Source: Yuukianura sp. NJ FZ-2021 (taxonomy: Eukaryota). From it: 64,000 bases of DNA. This document shows positions 12,501-26,600 of the stretch, piece after piece (positions within the stretch are counted from its first letter, which is position 1; each line of letters begins with the position of its first letter). The notes beneath the pieces were generated by a model. That model searched no databases. It had not been told where the DNA came from and worked only from the letters and a program-made list of their open reading frames with translations. Location of the stretch: positions 11,780,001-11,844,000 of the forward strand of contig CM102285.1 of assembly GCA_046563655.1 (NCBI GenBank). Direction: 5' to 3'. The translations under genes were made by a program, and so were the position numbers.

Positions 12501-15500
12501 TTATCACTTTCCAAATCTGTTTTCACTGGGAAGTACTACTAGGAGAAAGTTACGTTAGGTTATAAGCAGTAGAGGGAAAGTTGGGCACGTTAATTTTAGG
12601 TGGTGAAGATTTATGAAATCAGTGTAGGAGGAAGAAAGTTCCCTCCGGTGGTCTCTGCTAGGCCCACCGAGGTCAAAAGAATCTGCCAGGATCAAATAGC
12701 CTTTGATGCCAAATTTATGACCTCAGCAGAGGAGAGAGCCATAGGGCAGGGAGATTACGTCTGTCCAATCCATATTCCACTGCTAGCGTCAAGGATCCAC
12801 TTTCCTCGAGGCTTAAAATATTACTTTCTCTAAGCAGTTACAGTGCTACGGCTAACAAAGTATCACAAAAAGATTGAGAGGCTACACTTTTCCGAAACTG
12901 GTTTTTTCGAAAATGTCAAATATAATTTAGATGGTTAAAGAAACGAAAGAGCTGAAGAGTTTTTGATCAAGTGTCAATTCCAAAATTTAATTTACTAGTT
13001 TTTTTTTCGTCTATCTCATTTTTGGAGAAATCTCGAGCATACTTTTTCTGAAATTAAAAGGTTTTGGATTTTGTTTTTGAATTTTTGTGTGTTTTCGAAT
13101 AATTCTGAAAATGCGAGAGCAAATGAATGACACGGTGCTGAATTTTGTGTTGACAAGCACTATACTAAATTGAGACTTTTAGAAATTAGTTGATTTGTAT
13201 TGATTTGCTGTACTTGTGTTGTTTTCAGAATGAAGCTTGAGAAGACATATTGACAGAAGTGGGAGAAAAGCGTGCAAACGTGGAAGAAAGTTGGAGTTTT
13301 GGCAGAAAGTTGGAATTGATTTGAAGTACGAGAGGGCTATTTGGACTGAAGTGAATGAAAATGTTGCCAACAAACGTGTACTCGTTTATGAAGAAGGTAA
13401 TAATGATTAGTAGTCTTTTGAAGCCTTCAATTCAAACTTTTATTAACTTTTTTTTGTGAGCATGATCCCTTTGGTACACCCACACTAATTCTACCTTCCA
13501 AACTTCCAATTTCTGCAATACCGAACACAATTCACTTCAGAAAGGCTAAAAATACGAATCAACTTCGGTTCAAGAGTTGTATTTTTCTGTTTCAGAAAAT
13601 TTCACCCCCTTCTTTTTTTCCAATTTTTTGAAAAAGAAATTGAGAAATTGAGAAAACTGAAGAGAGGCAAATTTTTTTTAATGATTTTATGAATTTATTT
13701 GGATTGGACGAACTTCTGCGCTAATGTTATTGAAACACAGACATAAATGGCCATTTGGAGCTCAATTTTTTTTTTCAAGTTTTGAAAATTGGAGGGAGTA
13801 ACTATCGCTTTCTCCAGTGCAGTTTAGTACCTTTAGTGTAGTAGTTTGTGCTGGAGGGGTAGTTTAAAAGGTAAAAGTAGGCTGGAGATAGGTTCATTAT
13901 GGGTCTAATGTGACACGCATGGGTTGTGCTGATAGTTTCATAGCATTAAGCAGTTTGCCTCTCCTTTCTAACTTTGTAGACTTTGCTACGACAAGGAGAA
14001 AGTGAAATTGAAATAGTAATTCCAAATCTAAACCTTACCACAAGTTCTTAACCAACCTCCCCCGTCGACTCTAAATTTTGATTCACCTAACAAAGTTATA
14101 ATTTGATCAAAGGCACTACATTTTTCAATTTCTAAAAAATGATTTTCTACCTTAAACTAAGGAAGTTTTTAAAGGAATGGAAAGGTGTAGTTCTACTACC
14201 ATTGTGAAGCCATTTCTTTTTAGTAACAGACGAATCCAATGATCTGTGGACTTTCTCCTGTGCTTTCTCCTGAGTCTCAGCCTCATCGATCTCTTCTCTC
14301 CCCTGTTCCTTTTGTTCTCGTGTCTTTCCAATTTCCTTTAACTTTGTCTCCCACGGTTTCAGCATCTACTGTTATCTTCCCTTCGCCTGGATTCTCCCTT
14401 GGTTAGGTTGTCTTTAGTTTCTTCCAGGAAAAGCCACACTTTGCGCATTTGGGATATTTATAAACTTCTTTCAAACTAACTCAACCAATGAACATCCTCA
14501 TAGATACTAAATTTTTGAACCTTACCTAACTCCAATCTTCGTCAAATATTATTCTAATTGACTTTTACTTCAAAATTTTGATTGTTGGCAAACTGGTCAG
14601 ATCTCGAAAATAAGTTGCATAGACCTAAACGACACTGGAGGCTAGGGGTTTAGTCAAGGTCAATTTCAAATCTAAGACACGGGCCTGTCTTACCGCGTTG
14701 CTTTAGTTCATCATGTTAGTTAGAACAGAAAGACCTAATCCAAGAAACCTAATGTTGTTGTACGTTTTTCTGGTGGAACTCGACCAAGCCTAACGTAATT
14801 CCGCCCTCGTGGAGGAGTAGAACGTGCTGGTGGACAGAGACTTTAGTCTGACCGCGATTTAATTTAAGAGCAGACGAGGTTTCCCGGTTTCTCTCCAAGT
14901 CTGGACAACTTCCGAGTGCATCAAGTCCACAGGATGAGCCAATTCCCTAATCAGAATTGATCCCAATAATACTTTCTCTGGTAAAGCTGTCACCACCACC
15001 AGTGTTTGTCGGTTTCTTTTGAAATCAATTTTTTATGAAAGAACTCGTGACCTTTGACCTTCTTTTGAACTTTGAAATGTAACAATGTAATATTGAGAAC
15101 AGAATGGAAGCAGAAATACTCGGGGAATCATGACATGAAGATATGAGATAGGACATCATCTCTCTCTTTTTAATTTTGAAGTTGAAGAAAGTGGATTTTT
15201 CTTGTGAAGAAAAGAGAAAAGACGTCTATGAATGGACAAAGGAGAACGTCAGGAGGTAGGAGGTTGGTTGCTTTTGAAATTTAATACTGAATGAGGCTAG
15301 TCTTTCTTTTCTGAGAGTCTTATTCTCGGAGACTTCAAATAAGTCCTTACTTTCCCTTATTAGTTGAAGAGTCCTTGCGAAAAGGAGAACAGCAGCATAA
15401 GAGTACTCCCATTCCAAAATTGAATTAAGAGTTTCTTCTTCATTGACATTGACAGGAAGGGAAGAAAGTTACTAGTTGCACTAAGGCTTCTACTTTCTCC

Positions 15501-16030
15501 TTCCTTTTACTTGTCACACGAACAAAACAACTGTGACCTTCCTTTTCAATTTGAAGACTAAAGAGACTAAAATTATGCAAATGACAGAAACTACAGTTTA
15601 GGTTACGTTAGTGAATATGGGAGCTTAGAAAAGTTCTGGAATGTCAAGGAGTAGTTAATTCTACTATAATGCGAAGAGAAAGGTGTGAAGTGGTTAAGTG
15701 ATAGGCGTGAGAAAACGCGAAAAGGTGTGAAAACACTTTTCCGCCTGCCTTCACTCCTACTTGCGTCTCTTTATTATAATAATAGCAATTCTAATTTATT
15801 TTAATGTTAGTAATAAGTTAATTGCGATTTAGCTACAAAATATCTGTGCAATACTCGCACATCGTACAAACATTTTCGAAATTTCGACGATGGATTTTTT
15901 TTTAAATGCAGTTTGTTATTATGGGTTCGTAGTTGCACCGAATAAGAGAGAAAATTTTTTGTTATAAAATATATAATATATATAAAAATATATATATATT
16001 ATTATTATAAAATATAGAGATATAGATATT

Positions 16031-19000
16031 ATAGAGTACAAATTTTAGAGATTGATGGGAATTAGCAAAATTTCATAGAGTACAAATTTTAGAGATTGAT
16101 GGGAATTAGCAAAATTTCATAGAGTACAAATTTTAGAGATTGATGGGAATTAGCAAAATTTCATAGAGTACAAATTTTAGAGATTGATGGGAATTAGCAA
16201 AATTTCATAGAGTACAAATTTTAGAGATTGATGGGAATTAGCAAAATTTCATAGAGTACAAATTTTAGAGATTGATGGGAATTAGCAAAATTTCATAGAG
16301 TACAAATTTTAGAGATTGATGGGAATTAGCAAAATTTCATAGAGTACAAATTTTAGAGATTGATGGGAATTAGCAAAATTTCATAGAGTACAAATTTTAG
16401 AGATTGATGGGAATTAGCAAAATTTCATAGAGTACAAATTTTAGAGATTGATGGGAATTAGCAAAATTTCATAGAGTACAAATTTTAGAGATTGATGGGA
16501 ATTAGCAAAATTTCATAGAGTACAAATTTTAGAGATTGATGGGAATTAGCAAAATTTCATAGAGTACAAATTTTAGAGATTGATGGGAATTAGCAAAATT
16601 TCATAGAGTACAAATTTTAGAGATTGATGGGAATTAGCAAAATTTCATAGAGTACAAATTTTAGAGATTGATGGGAATTAGCAAAATTTCATAGAGTACA
16701 AATTTTAGAGATTGATGGGAATTAGCAAAATTTCATAGAGTACAAATTTTAGAGATTGATGGGAATTAGCAAAATTTCATAGAGTACAAATTTTAGAGAT
16801 TGATGGGAATTAGCAAAATTTCATAGAGTACAAATTTTAGAGATTGATGGGAATTAGCAAAATTTCATAGAGTACAAATTTTAGAGATTGATGGGAATTA
16901 GCAAAATTTCATAGAGTACAAATTTTAGAGATTGATGGGAATTAGCAAAATTTCATAGAGTACAAATTTTAGAGATTGATGGGAATTAGCAAAATTTCAT
17001 AGAGTACAAATTTTAGAGATTGATGGGAATTAGCAAAATTTCATAGAGTACAAATTTTAGAGATTGATGGGAATTAGCAAAATTTCATAGAGTACAAATT
17101 TTAGAGATTGATGGGAATTAGCAAAATTTCATAGAGTACAAATTTTAGAGATTGATGGGAATTAGCAAAATTTCATAGAGTACAAATTTTAGAGATTGAT
17201 GGGAATTAGCAAAATTTCATAGAGTACAAATTTTAGAGATTGATGGGAATTAGCAAAATTTCATAGAGTACAAATTTTAGAGATTGATGGGAATTAGCAA
17301 AATTTCATAGAGTACAAATTTTAGAGATTGATGGGAATTAGCAAAATTTCATAGAGTACAAATTTTAGAGATTGATGGGAATTAGCAAAATTTCATAGAG
17401 TACAAATTTTAGAGATTGATGGGAATTAGCAAAATTTCATAGAGTACAAATTTTAGAGATTGATGGGAATTAGCAAAATTTCATAGAGTACAAATTTTAG
17501 AGATTGATGGGAATTAGCAAAATTTCATAGAGTACAAATTTTAGAGATTGATGGGAATTAGCAAAATTTCATAGAGTACAAATTTTAGAGATTGATGGGA
17601 ATTAGCAAAATTTCATAGAGTACAAATTTTAGAGATTGATGGGAATTAGCAAAATTTCATAGAGTACAAATTTTAGAGATTGATGGGAATTAGCAAAATT
17701 TCATAGAGTACAAATTTTAGAGATTGATGGGAATTAGCAAAATTTCATAGAGTACAAATTTTAGAGATTGATGGGAATTAGCAAAATTTCATAGAGTACA
17801 AATTTTAGAGATTGATGGGAATTAGCAAAATTTCATAGAGTACAAATTTTAGAGATTGATGGGAATTAGCAAAATTTCATAGAGTACAAATTTTAGAGAT
17901 TGATGGGAATTAGCAAAATTTCATAGAGTACAAATTTTAGAGATTGATGGGAATTAGCAAAATTTCATAGAGTACAAATTTTAGAGATTGATGGGAATTA
18001 GCAAAATTTCATAGAGTACAAATTTTAGAGATTGATGGGAATTAGCAAAATTTCATAGAGTACAAATTTTAGAGATTGATGGGAATTAGCAAAATTTCAT
18101 AGAGTACAAATTTTAGAGATTGATGGGAATTAGCAAAATTTCATAGAGTACAAATTTTAGAGATTGATGGGAATTAGCAAAATTTCATAGAGTACAAATT
18201 TTAGAGATTGATGGGAATTAGCAAAATTTCATAGAGTACAAATTTTAGAGATTGTTGGGAATTAGCAAAATTTCATAGAGTACAAATTTTAGAGATTGAT
18301 GGGAATTAGCAAAATTTCATAGAGTACAAATTTTAGAGATTGATGGGAATTAGCAAAATTTCATAGAGTACAAATTTTAGAGATTGATGGGAATTAGCAA
18401 AATTTCATAGAGTACAAATTTTAGAGATTGATGGGAATTAGCAAAATTTCATAGAGTACAAATTTTAGAGATTGATGGGAATTAGCAAAATTTCATAGAG
18501 TACAAATTTTAGAGATTGATGGGAATTAGCAAAATTTCATAGAGTACAAATTTTAGAGATTGATGGGAATTAGCAAAATTTCATAGAGTACAAATTTTAG
18601 AGATTGATGGGAATTAGCAAAATTTCATAGAGTACAAATTTTAGAGATTGATGGGAATTAGCAAAATTTCATAGAGTACAAATTTTAGAGATTGATGGGA
18701 ATTAGCAAAATTTCATAGAGTACAAATTTTAGAGATTGATGGGAATTAGCAAAATTTCATAGAGTACAAATTTTAGAGATTGATGGGAATTAGCAAAATT
18801 TCATAGAGTACAAATTTTAGAGATTGATGGGAATTAGCAAAATTTCATAGAGTACAAATTTTAGAGATTGATGGGAATTAGCAAAATTTCATAGAGTACA
18901 AATTTTAGAGATTGATGGGAATTAGCAAAATTTCATAGAGTACAAATTTTAGAGATTGATGGGAATTAGCAAAATTTCATAGAGTACAAATTTTAGAGAT

Positions 19001-19796
19001 TGATGGGAATTAGCAAAATTTCATAGAGTACAAATTTTAGAGATTGATGGGAATTAGCAAAATTTCATAGAGTACAAATTTTAGAGATTGATGGGAATTA
19101 GCAAAATTTCATAGAGTACAAATTTTAGAGATTGATGGGAATTAGCAAAATTTCATAGAGTACAAATTTTAGAGATTGATGGGAATTAGCAAAATTTCAT
19201 AGAGTACAAATTTTAGAGATTGATGGGAATTAGCAAAATTTCATAGAGTACAAATTTTAGAGATTGATGGGAATTAGCAAAATTTCATAGAGTACAAATT
19301 TTAGAGATTGATGGGAATTAGCAAAATTTCATAGAGTACAAATTTTAGAGATTGATGGGAATTAGCAAAATTTCATAGAGTACAAATTTTAGAGATTGAT
19401 GGGAATTAGCAAAATTTCATAGAGTACAAATTTTAGAGATTGATGGGAATTAGCAAAATTTCATAGAGTACAAATTTTAGAGATTGATGGGAATTAGCAA
19501 AATTTCATAGAGTACAAATTTTAGAGATTGATGGGAATTAGCAAAATTTCATAGAGTACAAATTTTAGAGATTGATGGGAATTAGCAAAATTTCATAGAG
19601 TACAAATTTTAGAGATTGATGGGAATTAGCAAAATTTCATAGAGTACAAATTTTAGAGATTGATGGGAATTAGCAAAATTTCATAGAGTACAAATTTTAG
19701 AGATTGATGGGAATTAGCAAAATTTCATAGAGTACAAATTTTAGAGATTGATGGGAATTAGCAAAATTTCATAGAGTACAAATTTTAGAGATTGAT
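16031..19796. repeat. Tandem satellite, 44-bp unit, 85 full copies plus 26 bp
   Basis: Unit ATAGAGTACAAATTTTAGAGATTGATGGGAATTAGCAAAATTTC repeated head-to-tail without spacers. The only variant I saw is A>T at 18255. Flanked by TA-rich low-complexity tracts. Confidence 0.99.
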
Positions 19797-20663
19797 TGAA
19801 AAATTGTATCTATAATAATATTATATATATATTATATATATATTTTTTAATTTTTTATAATTTGGTTAGTTTTGGATTTTGGTATGGTTTAGAAACTTGC
19901 TCTTCTTTGAAACAAAAAAAAATCAGTGAAAGTTTCATCGAATAAGGGAAATTTAGCGTCGTAATTTTTGAATTTGCCAGAACAGGTGACTTTGGCAGAA
20001 ATTTTTGGAATTTTGAAGAGGAGAAGAACAAAGTGGAAAGTGATGGAGGAAAACGGATATTTGGAACATATTTTCCTTCAGTGAAATTGAAAATGATTCA
20101 AATAAATCTGTCAGAAGAAGTTTTTTGAAAAGTGGGCACACACCTGACTGTGAGAGGCTTTTCTTTTCTTCTTCCCTGCTTCCCATACTAAAACATTTCG
20201 GACTTTACAAATAGCTTTTTCAAAACAATGGGAACAAAAGGAACAGCTAACGGTTTTTTGTTCCAGCTTTTTTCTTTCTTTTAAAATCCTCTAAAAACTC
20301 TAAAACATTTTTACTTTCTTCCCAACTTTCACTTTGCTCTTATACTTCCCTTAAATCCAAATCCAAAACACTTTAGAAAACTTAAAATCCTTGACGTTCT
20401 CTTCTTCCTTTACTGTTTTTTTTTGTTTCGAAACAAGAAGATTTCAGTTCATTCCAAACATTTTTTGCTTTGTGTTTTTCTTGTGCTCTGGGAAAAGTGA
20501 AAGAATCAACAAATCTTGTTCCGTTTTGGTGCACTTTTTGCACTGGTTTCCCCTCCACTTTCTTCTACCTTGAATGATTTCAGTTGCTTTCTCGTTTGAG
20601 AAAAAAAGAAACTCAGGTTTTTTCTCTTTGTGAAGAAAACTTAACGTGTGTTACTTTTTCCAG

Positions 20664-23600
20664 ATGGTTTCCAATACAGATACTGTCAATGTGAACCAAT
20701 TCGTAAGCCAAACGAACACGACTGCTTCTACTCCACCGGGAGCTATGGGTCGTCTTCGTCAAACACTACAACAGGCTCAGGAGACAGTGTCCAATCGATT
20801 GACAGCCTCGTCACGCCCACCACAAGTGAACATTGTCTCACAACAGCAACAACCAGCTTCAGAATCAACGCTTGATGCTCAACGAAATGTTCAAACACCA
20901 ACAAGTGAGAACAAGGAAGAAATCACGGAAATGCCGTAAGTCAAAAAACTTTGACTCACAAACACATCGTAGAATTTTCTCCAAAGCATGTGAAAGCCTC
21001 TTGGAAGCGCTTTCATATGTAAAAAAAAACGGAAAAGTTTAAAATAGAATTTCAAATTCAAAGAAGCAGTACGAGAAAAAAAAGTGACTGGAAAGGAAAG
21101 TTCAAATGTCACAAGTTTTGTTTTTTCCAGTTGAAAAACTTTTGTCGCACAGTGTCTATTTTGAGAATACAAACCCAAAAATTTCACAGAAAAGAGTGGA
21201 AAAAAATTTACAGGGAAGAATAGTGGCTTTCACTTATTCATTTGGCATTGGCTTGTTTTCGTGTTCCAATTTTTTTTCCTCACTTTTTTTTGTTTCGAAA
21301 TTTGTCCAAGCATATCGTACTAATGTGAGAGATTGGAGTAAGTGAAAGGTCTTTCCTTTTTTTTCTCATGTTTCTGTGTTTTGACCGACACACGTTGTCG
21401 TGTGTGGGTTTAGAACATGAAATTTTTTGAAAAAGGAGTTTTGATTTGTACCGCCAACTTTCTTTGTGTATGTAGTTGTGTGAAGCAATTTTTGTGAACT
21501 TTCACATTTTCCAAAAGACCCACTCGTCAACCATCACCCGAAAAAGAGAAAGTAGAAAACGGAAAATATATAATTCAAGAGCTGTTCTCCTTTTTACTAC
21601 TCTTTTCATATCTCGAAAAAAAAAATCAATACCAGAATTTGTTTTTAAAATTTTGGAAAACTGGGAAAACATCAAATAGTTTTTCACAAAGGAGAAAACA
21701 AAAACAAAATCGTTTCATATTAAACAAAAACAGTGCCTTTGTTGTAGGTTTTGCGCAGAGAGTTTACGCAACTTTCTCCATTTTTTTCAGTTTTTGAGTC
21801 TTTTTTTACTTTTTGTGGAAGACATAAGTTTGATTTCACGGGTGAGATTGTTTGAGGTGACAGAAAGTATAGGGGAAAGAAACGGAAGACCTAAAAACTT
21901 TAAAGTTTTGAAACTTTCCAACTTTTTACCTTCATTTTAGTGAGATTCTTTTCCGTTTGTGCTGAGTAGGGAAGAGGATAGGATTGGAATAATAAATCAG
22001 CGAAAGTGGAATGACTATAGTCACTATTCCAAATGTAGATTTTAAGGTGGATCCTGTCAAATTTATGAGGGAGTAAATGGAGGAAGCTGCTTCTGGAAGC
22101 CACAGTTTTCCTCCAATTTTTTTACATCCCCTGACCATGCAAGTACTAAAACCCACTTTATGGGATGATCATCTTCCTCGAGATGAGTTTTCACACACAG
22201 CTATGACGTCTTCTCGATCCGTTTTTTCTTCCAAAAAAAAATTAGTAAATTTCAAGAAAGTAGACAACCTGTAATTTTTGAAACTTGAAAATTTAGCCCA
22301 TTTTCTCTCATTCTCATATCTGACTTTCTTTTTCACAAATGAAAATTCAAAATTTGACAAAAATTTAGATTTTGAAAATAGCTTTGTTAAAAAAAATGTA
22401 AAAACAATTCAAAATCTGAACCCCTGGATGGCTTCAGTTGTAGGGCTCAGATTAGGTTAATCCAGACCGCAGTAAAGTTTTGTTGCGTTAGTTTTGTTAG
22501 GTTAACTTTTCCGAAACAAATTTTGAGTAATTTTGTTTCATTTTTTGTTGCTGCTAGGCTTTTTAATATAAACTTCTTAAAAAAATGAAGAACCGTAGAG
22601 CATTTTTGTAACGTCAAGGCTAAAAGGTCCCTTCGGCACTACTGGGCTGCGCCTGACGGACGATTTGCATAGTTTAAAAGGCTTTCAGGATAGGGACTCT
22701 GGCTATAAATAATTGAACTTTCACTGCATCAGCTTCGCTGCGTTGATATTCAGCGTCTGTCTGAGAAGCGCAGTTTATGGAACGAGGTACTACCCGTTTT
22801 CTTACTTTAAAAAAAAGAGAATTCGTTTTTTTTAGAAAGGCCACTTTTCAACATCAGAAGATGGTCGTCGTTACAAACAAAACAAACATGAGAGAAATGT
22901 TGGAAAATGGAAAGTTTGTCTTAGGTATTGGACGGATGAGTAGATTGATCGACGGAAGGTAAAAGCGAAGCTGAAATTGATTTTGAAATTGTACTAGTCT
23001 TACCTTCCTGCAAGTTACGTAAGGTTTGAATAGGGAACCAACAAAAGTCTAAGAACTGTGGCATGTCAAATGATAATCTGTTGCTCTCAGTCTTTGCATT
23101 GTTCAGGTTTCTATTCAGGTTGTGTTCTCAGCCTAGAATTGAATAAAGGACGAACCAAAGTTGTTTATATTTGTCCAGCCAAGAGAGATCCTCATTGAAT
23201 TCGGACCTTGTTTGACCAGATGCTGTCGATAATCCAATTTCCGAACACAGGACTTTCTCCTTTCTCTTGGTTTGCTACATAGCACACAGTGTCTTTCGTT
23301 TTCTCTGAAAATCTGATCCTGTATCGATTTCTTGTATTGAATTTTTGGCCATTACTGTTTCCTTTTTCAAAAAAAAAAAAAAGTTTTCCACGAAGAAAGT
23401 TCTGATTTTTACCCTCGAGCGGAAAAGTTTCCGAGAAAAGTTCGTTTTCTATTGTGGTTTTGAGAAAATCGGATTTTTTTTTTGCTTTTTCAGGAAATCA
23501 GAATTTAATAATGCATAATTCATTGAAAAAGTTTTTTTTTGGTTTTCTGAAAAGATAGATTTCAGGAGAAAGTTTAGGGAAATTTTTTGTAACGAACTCT

Positions 23601-26600
23601 TAAAAGCTCTGCTGGATCGACAAATTTAGCCTCCAAGACTTTACTTTTGTGGAAATTTTGGAGGCATAATAGTTTGAGCGTTCCATTTTTGAAACGCGTG
23701 TCCATGAATAGAAATTGGACAATTCTAAAAGTAGAAGTTGAAGCAGTTGAAGTAAACTCATGGTCCACTTGGAAGCTGAGTGAAAAGCGTTGCTACTCTT
23801 TTAGGTTGTTAAAATCATGTTGAAAAGTGGTGACAGTTTGGATTGTTTGCTAACGGATCCGTACTTTTTTTGGCGTGTGAAATTTGCAGAAGGCCCGGGA
23901 GTGCTGGAAGGTGTCGAGTATGTGTGAAGGCAATGAAACCTGACGAGTACTCGCGAGAGTGTACTGAATGTGAACTCCGTGTGTGTGACGACTGTGCTTC
24001 CTATTCACAGACAGCAGATGGGAACGAGGTAAGCAAAGTGTTTTAACTTTTAATTTCTCTAGAGTAAATTTAAAATGAGCCTATTCACCGGTAGAACCCA
24101 TTTTCACTTTCACTACAATTTTGAAACATAAGGGACACGGGGAGTAACTATACTGTGAGCGCTGCGCTTTTTAATTAGGTCACCCGACTTCTCGAATTTG
24201 AGTTGCTCATCATTGACTACGTTTTAAGAGCGCCAACGTAAGCAAAAGTAACTTTTGAGCTAAGCATTTTGTCCAAACAAGAAAATTTTCAAAGTTCACC
24301 AGTACAAATGTAATGTTCGAAAGTTCTGTGAGAGTCTGGTGCTCTACATATTATTCATATTTTGTATTTTTTATTTGTATTTTCGTTTTTCGGGGCGAAA
24401 AATCTGGTAGAAAATACCAAAACTAAAAAATGTTGGTTCACTTTACTACTTCCATATTTTTTTTGAAAGTAAAGATGTTGTGATTTTGTTTGCTAATTAT
24501 TGTGTGTTAGTGTTACAGCAGAATTCGTAATCAGAAATTCCAGTTTTGGTTGAAATTTTGTGTACATTCAAATTCAAACTCAAAACTAGACGAGCTGAAC
24601 CTACCAATGAACTTAACAAAATTTAGACAACGGTATTGTATTTGCAACTCTTGAGTTACTGTTCTTGTGTAATGCAATTGCTTGCTTAGAAGTTTGTATA
24701 TGAGTAAGTTGTCCTGTTGAACAAATTTATGTTGACCCAATGTTTGTTGAAATTTTGAAAACTGTGAATGACTCCACTTTGGAGTTTGCTCATTGACTCT
24801 ATTTCATGGTGGGGCGGGCAGAATGGGATTTGAAGCGGCTCACCACATTTTCTGGAGCCTTAAAGAAGTGTGTGTGAAGCAGATCAGCAAATTAATGCGG
24901 GACTCTTAGGGTTCTTAAGCAGAAGAGAATGGAATAGGGGTAGGATCCACCAAAAGAGAAAGTTAAGAAGAAAGTAGATGTTTGGGAGACTGGTTCTCGA
25001 ACAGCAGGAGGGTGGAAGGCATATCTCGAAGATTAAAATTCATATTACAGTCGAGTGCCCATGGAGTAATCCTTCTCTGCTATAACTTTAAGCCTACACC
25101 TTTAAAACCTAACTTGAAGAAAAGAAAGTGAAAGCAAAGGAAAACTGAAGCTGGCTTTTCCTTTCTCCAAGGCTTCCTCTTCTTCCTCGTGCCTTTTATT
25201 CTTATAATCCATACCTTTTTTTTCAGACTACTCAACCATCATCACATCTTCTCCCAACTTTCTCTTTTTTCATATTTTCAACATTTTTTTTTCGATATTT
25301 TCCCTGTAGACAAGCCAAGGAAGAGAGAAAAAGTCAAGGAGAAAGCTCAGCTTTCAATTTTTTTTTTACCTTAAAGGTTTTCAAGGTATAGGAAAAATTT
25401 TTTAACCTGAGCTTTCTGCTTTCTCAGTCCTCCATTTTTCTATCGTTCAACCAAAGAAGAAGGAAATTTTTTGGAAGTATTTCTCGAGTGACTGAATGAA
25501 TTTGATTCCAGTTCCAATTCCCATTCCAATATATTTTATATTACATACATGAGTGCAGTGAAACAGGGGCGGGAGTTTGGGTTATTCGGTCGTTCAAAGT
25601 TCGGCGGATGCTGGAAGCTTTTCCCTGGGTTTTTAAACCCCCTTTTCCCTTTAGCGATTTGAAATGAGAGAGAAAACTGTTGACGACGACAAACGTGAAA
25701 GTACTACTTTTTCCCATATTAACTTTTCAGCGAAGTATTATGACTGGAAAGGGAAAGGGAAATTCAAACTTCAAAATCATTTTTTTCTTCTTTTATTATG
25801 GGCTTATGTACTACGTGTGGAATGAAATCGGGAAGAGTAGAAGCCTTCATCTTCTTTTTTGGCTTTGAAAAGAAAATTCCAGAAGTTAAAAAGCCCTGGA
25901 AATAGATTTTCTCTTCTAAAAAATAAATTCCTTTGGTGAAAGCAACCGGAACAGGCATGCTGAGAGATGGTGGAGGATAGAGAAAGTATTTTGATGATCC
26001 ATTTCATGTGGTATTTACAGGATGTTAGAAAAAATCAATGGGATATGAGACATTGGAAATGGAATTTCATTACTCCTTGACTCGCGACAGCTGATCTCAA
26101 AATGACTCCAAAAATAGGCTAGGTTAAGCCTGACCTAACCTTAAAATGTTAGGTTTTTAAAAAAAGCAATGTCTGTAATATTTGTGGGTACCTCCACAAA
26201 ATGATATTAAAGAATTCTGGGTCACTCAAATTGTTTTTCGCTGGACGTCATCGCTGACGTCTTGTGTGAAATGAAATTTTTGAAATTTTTCGAGAGCTCT
26301 TTACATGAAGTGAAAATATTGAAATTTGAAACTTCAACTTTCACTACTAGAATCCGTAAATTTCGCCATTAGCTCTAAAGATCTTGGTGTTGATCTTATG
26401 CGAACAATTTGCGGTAAAATAAATGAAATGTTAGTTTTGAATTTTGAATAAGTGTAAATAAGGATTATGTTAGGCTATGGTATTGTTAGGGTGTTTTGGT
26501 TAGGTGAGGTTTGCGTTAGCAAAGAGGTGTTAGCGTTTCAGCTAAAATCATTTGTTCTAAAAGCTTAGGGGGGCGCGACGCAATTACATAATTCACAAAC

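Noticed and set aside
4000..15900. Short ORFs from the track in this region (and in 21-33 kb and 46-58 kb) as proteins
   Set aside because: F/K/L-rich translations of AT-rich non-coding DNA, many with non-ATG starts, no recognisable domains and no consistent splice phases.
16031..19796. 44-bp array as a CRISPR array
   Set aside because: Units are contiguous with no unique spacers, there are no cas genes, and the context is eukaryotic.
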